Assembly (NCBI GenBank): GCA_024626585.2
Contig: JANKJI020000004.1
Coordinates: 168,269,368 to 168,293,500, forward strand
From: Ginkgo biloba
Taxonomy: Eukaryota; Plantae; Ginkgophyta
Length of the DNA: 24,133 bases
Direction: 5' to 3'
Shown: positions 22,240 through 24,133 of the stretch, piece after piece
Numbering within the stretch: position 1 is the first letter of the stretch
Layout: the number at the start of each line of letters is the position of its first letter
Program-made: the position numbers and the translations under genes
The notes under the pieces: model-generated
The model's database searches: none
What the model was told of the DNA's origin: nothing
Seen by the model: only the letters and a program-made list of their open reading frames with translations

Positions 22240-23420
22240 GTGTCAATTCTTGAAATTTTATAGTTTGGACAAAAATAACTTTGGAGATTAGTTGGGTTGA
22301 GCCCAAGAGGCCTTTCTTAGCAACAATAAGGACAATAAGGCACTCAAGGTGCCCCAAACATTGGCTAGGTTATCAACAAGAGTTTAGAGAAAGAATAGCA
22401 ACAATAACAAGATCATTTGGGATAAACTAATCAATAGGACCAGTCTTAATAATAAGGTCAAAATCAAACTTAGTACCAAGAGTAGGGTAGACTTAACAAG
22501 CTAAAAAAGTGGTATTGAACACTATCATTATACCAACTCCCCTCATTATTCAAATCCTATTTGAATAGTGTCTAAAGAACTTTCAAATAGGCATATCATG
22601 TTTTGGGATTGACCTGACTATGATAATAGTCAACTAGTTGGAATCATTAAAGAAATTAAAGGAGAAAGGGAAGAATTGTTGAAATCAATAATAAGGATTA
22701 TAGAGGATTTATTACTACCAAGTTCATTGGAACCTTTTAACTAGTTTAGCTATTGAATTAAATTTGGGATTATAAAGATGGAGGATGAGCTTAAAGTTTA
22801 AGAGAATATTTTGAAGAAAGAAAATAATGATTTGAAGGTGAAATTAAATATCTTGATTGGTGACATTTTTTGTAACTCCCTATTGTACCCCTTAGGCCTA
22901 AGCTTACTATCAAAGATGGCCTTGAAGATATAAGGAGGTATAAGCAACCATTTAGAATGCCTTTGCAAGTAATTGGTAGGTAATAATATATGATCAAGTG
23001 GCCTCAACAATGTTGAACAGCTATGGGGAGAAGAAGGATGAAGTAATATGTGAACTAAAGGTTGACGCAAATTTCCTCTATGCTTTAAAAACATAAGACA
23101 CTACTCAATTTTCCACCCTCTTAAAGAAAATAAGTGATCTAGCACATTCAATGACATGGGTAGGAAAGAGAAACAAATAGGTCATTAGGAACCTACTCAT
23201 ACAATTTTAGAATTGGACATAATTGGATATGAAAAATATTTCTTGATAACAATCCACTTCAACAATGAAACCTCCCAATACAATAGTAATACACTTTGAG
23301 GGTGGAAATCTCCTAATGCAATAATGATCAATACAAAATGATATCCCAAGAGGCCATCATAGGGGTTATTATAAGAATAAGAAGTGTCCCACATGTATGG
23401 AAAGTGTATATTAGGAAGAG
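22240..23420 (-). mobile_element. Possible highly degenerate L1-type LINE ORF2 relic (endonuclease to RT start)
   Basis: Scattered motifs in the expected order across frames: YSYNNPYD..WD (cf. YAPN...LW), TIVLGGFIVEV (cf. IxxGDFNxV, ~23255-23290), YLPIT (cf. SDHxPI), SLFSFFK, FNTTFL, LVDNL...WAQ...VIFV. Each is weak on its own. Confidence 0.4.
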
Positions 23421-23520
23421 TGAGAAGAAGTATCATCCATGTACAATAAGTGTTAGAATAAGGATAGGTGGAATAATTAGAATAAGAGAGAAAGGATTAA
23501 GGGATGAAGGTTTATAGCAA

Positions 23521-24090
23521 GTCTCCCCTCCTTGGAAATCTTAGCCCTTAAATATTTGATAATACTAGATATTGCTCTTTATTTGGTGGTCACCCCTTCC
23601 ACTAGATTAGGAACTCTATGATATATTTATGATGGAGTTGGTGATTTCATATTTCTAGAATTATTTTTTGTTATAGCTAAAATCATCTTTTCTCATTCAA
23701 CTCTATGATTTCAGTCTATCCTACTATGTTTTTCCTGATGAACTTCTTGAGGCCTATTCATTCACTCCTGTGTTGATCCTCCTGCTGGATCATTCTAGTC
23801 AGTGCTAACTGCAGATTATCCTTGAGTGTTATTTTGTGCAATTCCCTGTAATCCACACACAACTAGAAGGATCCTTCCTTTTTTCTTACTAAAATCTCCG
23901 ATGCTAAAAATGAGCTCATGCTCTCCATGTGGCTCATGTTTCTAAGGGCTCCTGTACTCATCTTTCAATTTTACTCTTTTAGTGGTAGGGGTACCTATAA
24001 GGCTTGGTGGTGGGGGAATTGATTTTGACTATCGATTTAATAACATGGTCTTGTTCCCCCTTGGAGGCAAGTTGTTTAGGTAGTTCTTCC
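23521..24090 (-). mobile_element. pol: Internally deleted chromoviral Ty3/Gypsy: RT N-terminus, filler, integrase tail/chromodomain, PPT
   Basis: ELPKQLASKGEQDHVI...KPYRYPYH*KSKIER*VQE...LVRKKEGSF*LCVDYRELHKITLKD (CVDY at 23848-23859). Then from ~23751 LKKFIRKNIVG*TEIIELNEK...IILEI*...IIEFLI*WKG*P. PPT AAGGAGGGGAGAC at 23521-23533, followed by TG at 23519. Confidence 0.85.
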
Positions 24091-24091
24091 A

Positions 24092-24133
24092 TGTCACAGC
24101 CCAGGAAACCCTAGTTTTAAGCCCAGTTAAAGG
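24092..24133. repeat. Probable terminus of another LTR inserted into the chromoviral pol
   Basis: TGTCACAGCCC... begins exactly where pol homology ends. TGTCAC is a common plant LTR terminus. Runs off the window edge. Confidence 0.45.

Noticed and set aside
1212-22357. ORF-track entries containing long X runs
   Set aside because: They stay open only because they read through N gaps. They are not genes.
21015-24113. tagggttt/aaacccta words as interstitial telomeric repeats
   Set aside because: They are isolated single motifs, not tandem arrays, and are common in plant repeats.

Overview
This is AT-rich, CpG-depleted eukaryotic DNA, not prokaryotic. It most likely comes from a large-genome land plant, and the retroelement motifs look gymnosperm-like (inference). 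The assembly is fragmented: 14 N-gaps, 8 of them 100-N placeholders. I see no intact protein-coding gene, RNA gene or CRISPR array. The window is mostly nested, decayed retroelements: a Ty1/Copia gag remnant, two diverged copies of a non-chromoviral Ty3/Gypsy family (gag, zinc knuckles, protease, YLDD RT), CRM-like and other chromovirus-type Ty3/Gypsy pieces, and L1-type LINE relics. The most notable items are (1) a head-to-tail array of gag+protease-only CRM-like units with one LTR flanked by both a PPT and a PBS (15980-20406), (2) a host SINA/SINAT E3-ligase pseudogene fragment missed by the ORF track (2855-3139), and (3) an internally deleted chromovirus whose RT N-terminus runs into the chromodomain and PPT (23521-24090). 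All translations and comparisons were done by eye, with no database searches. I cannot support a wholly new biological system here.
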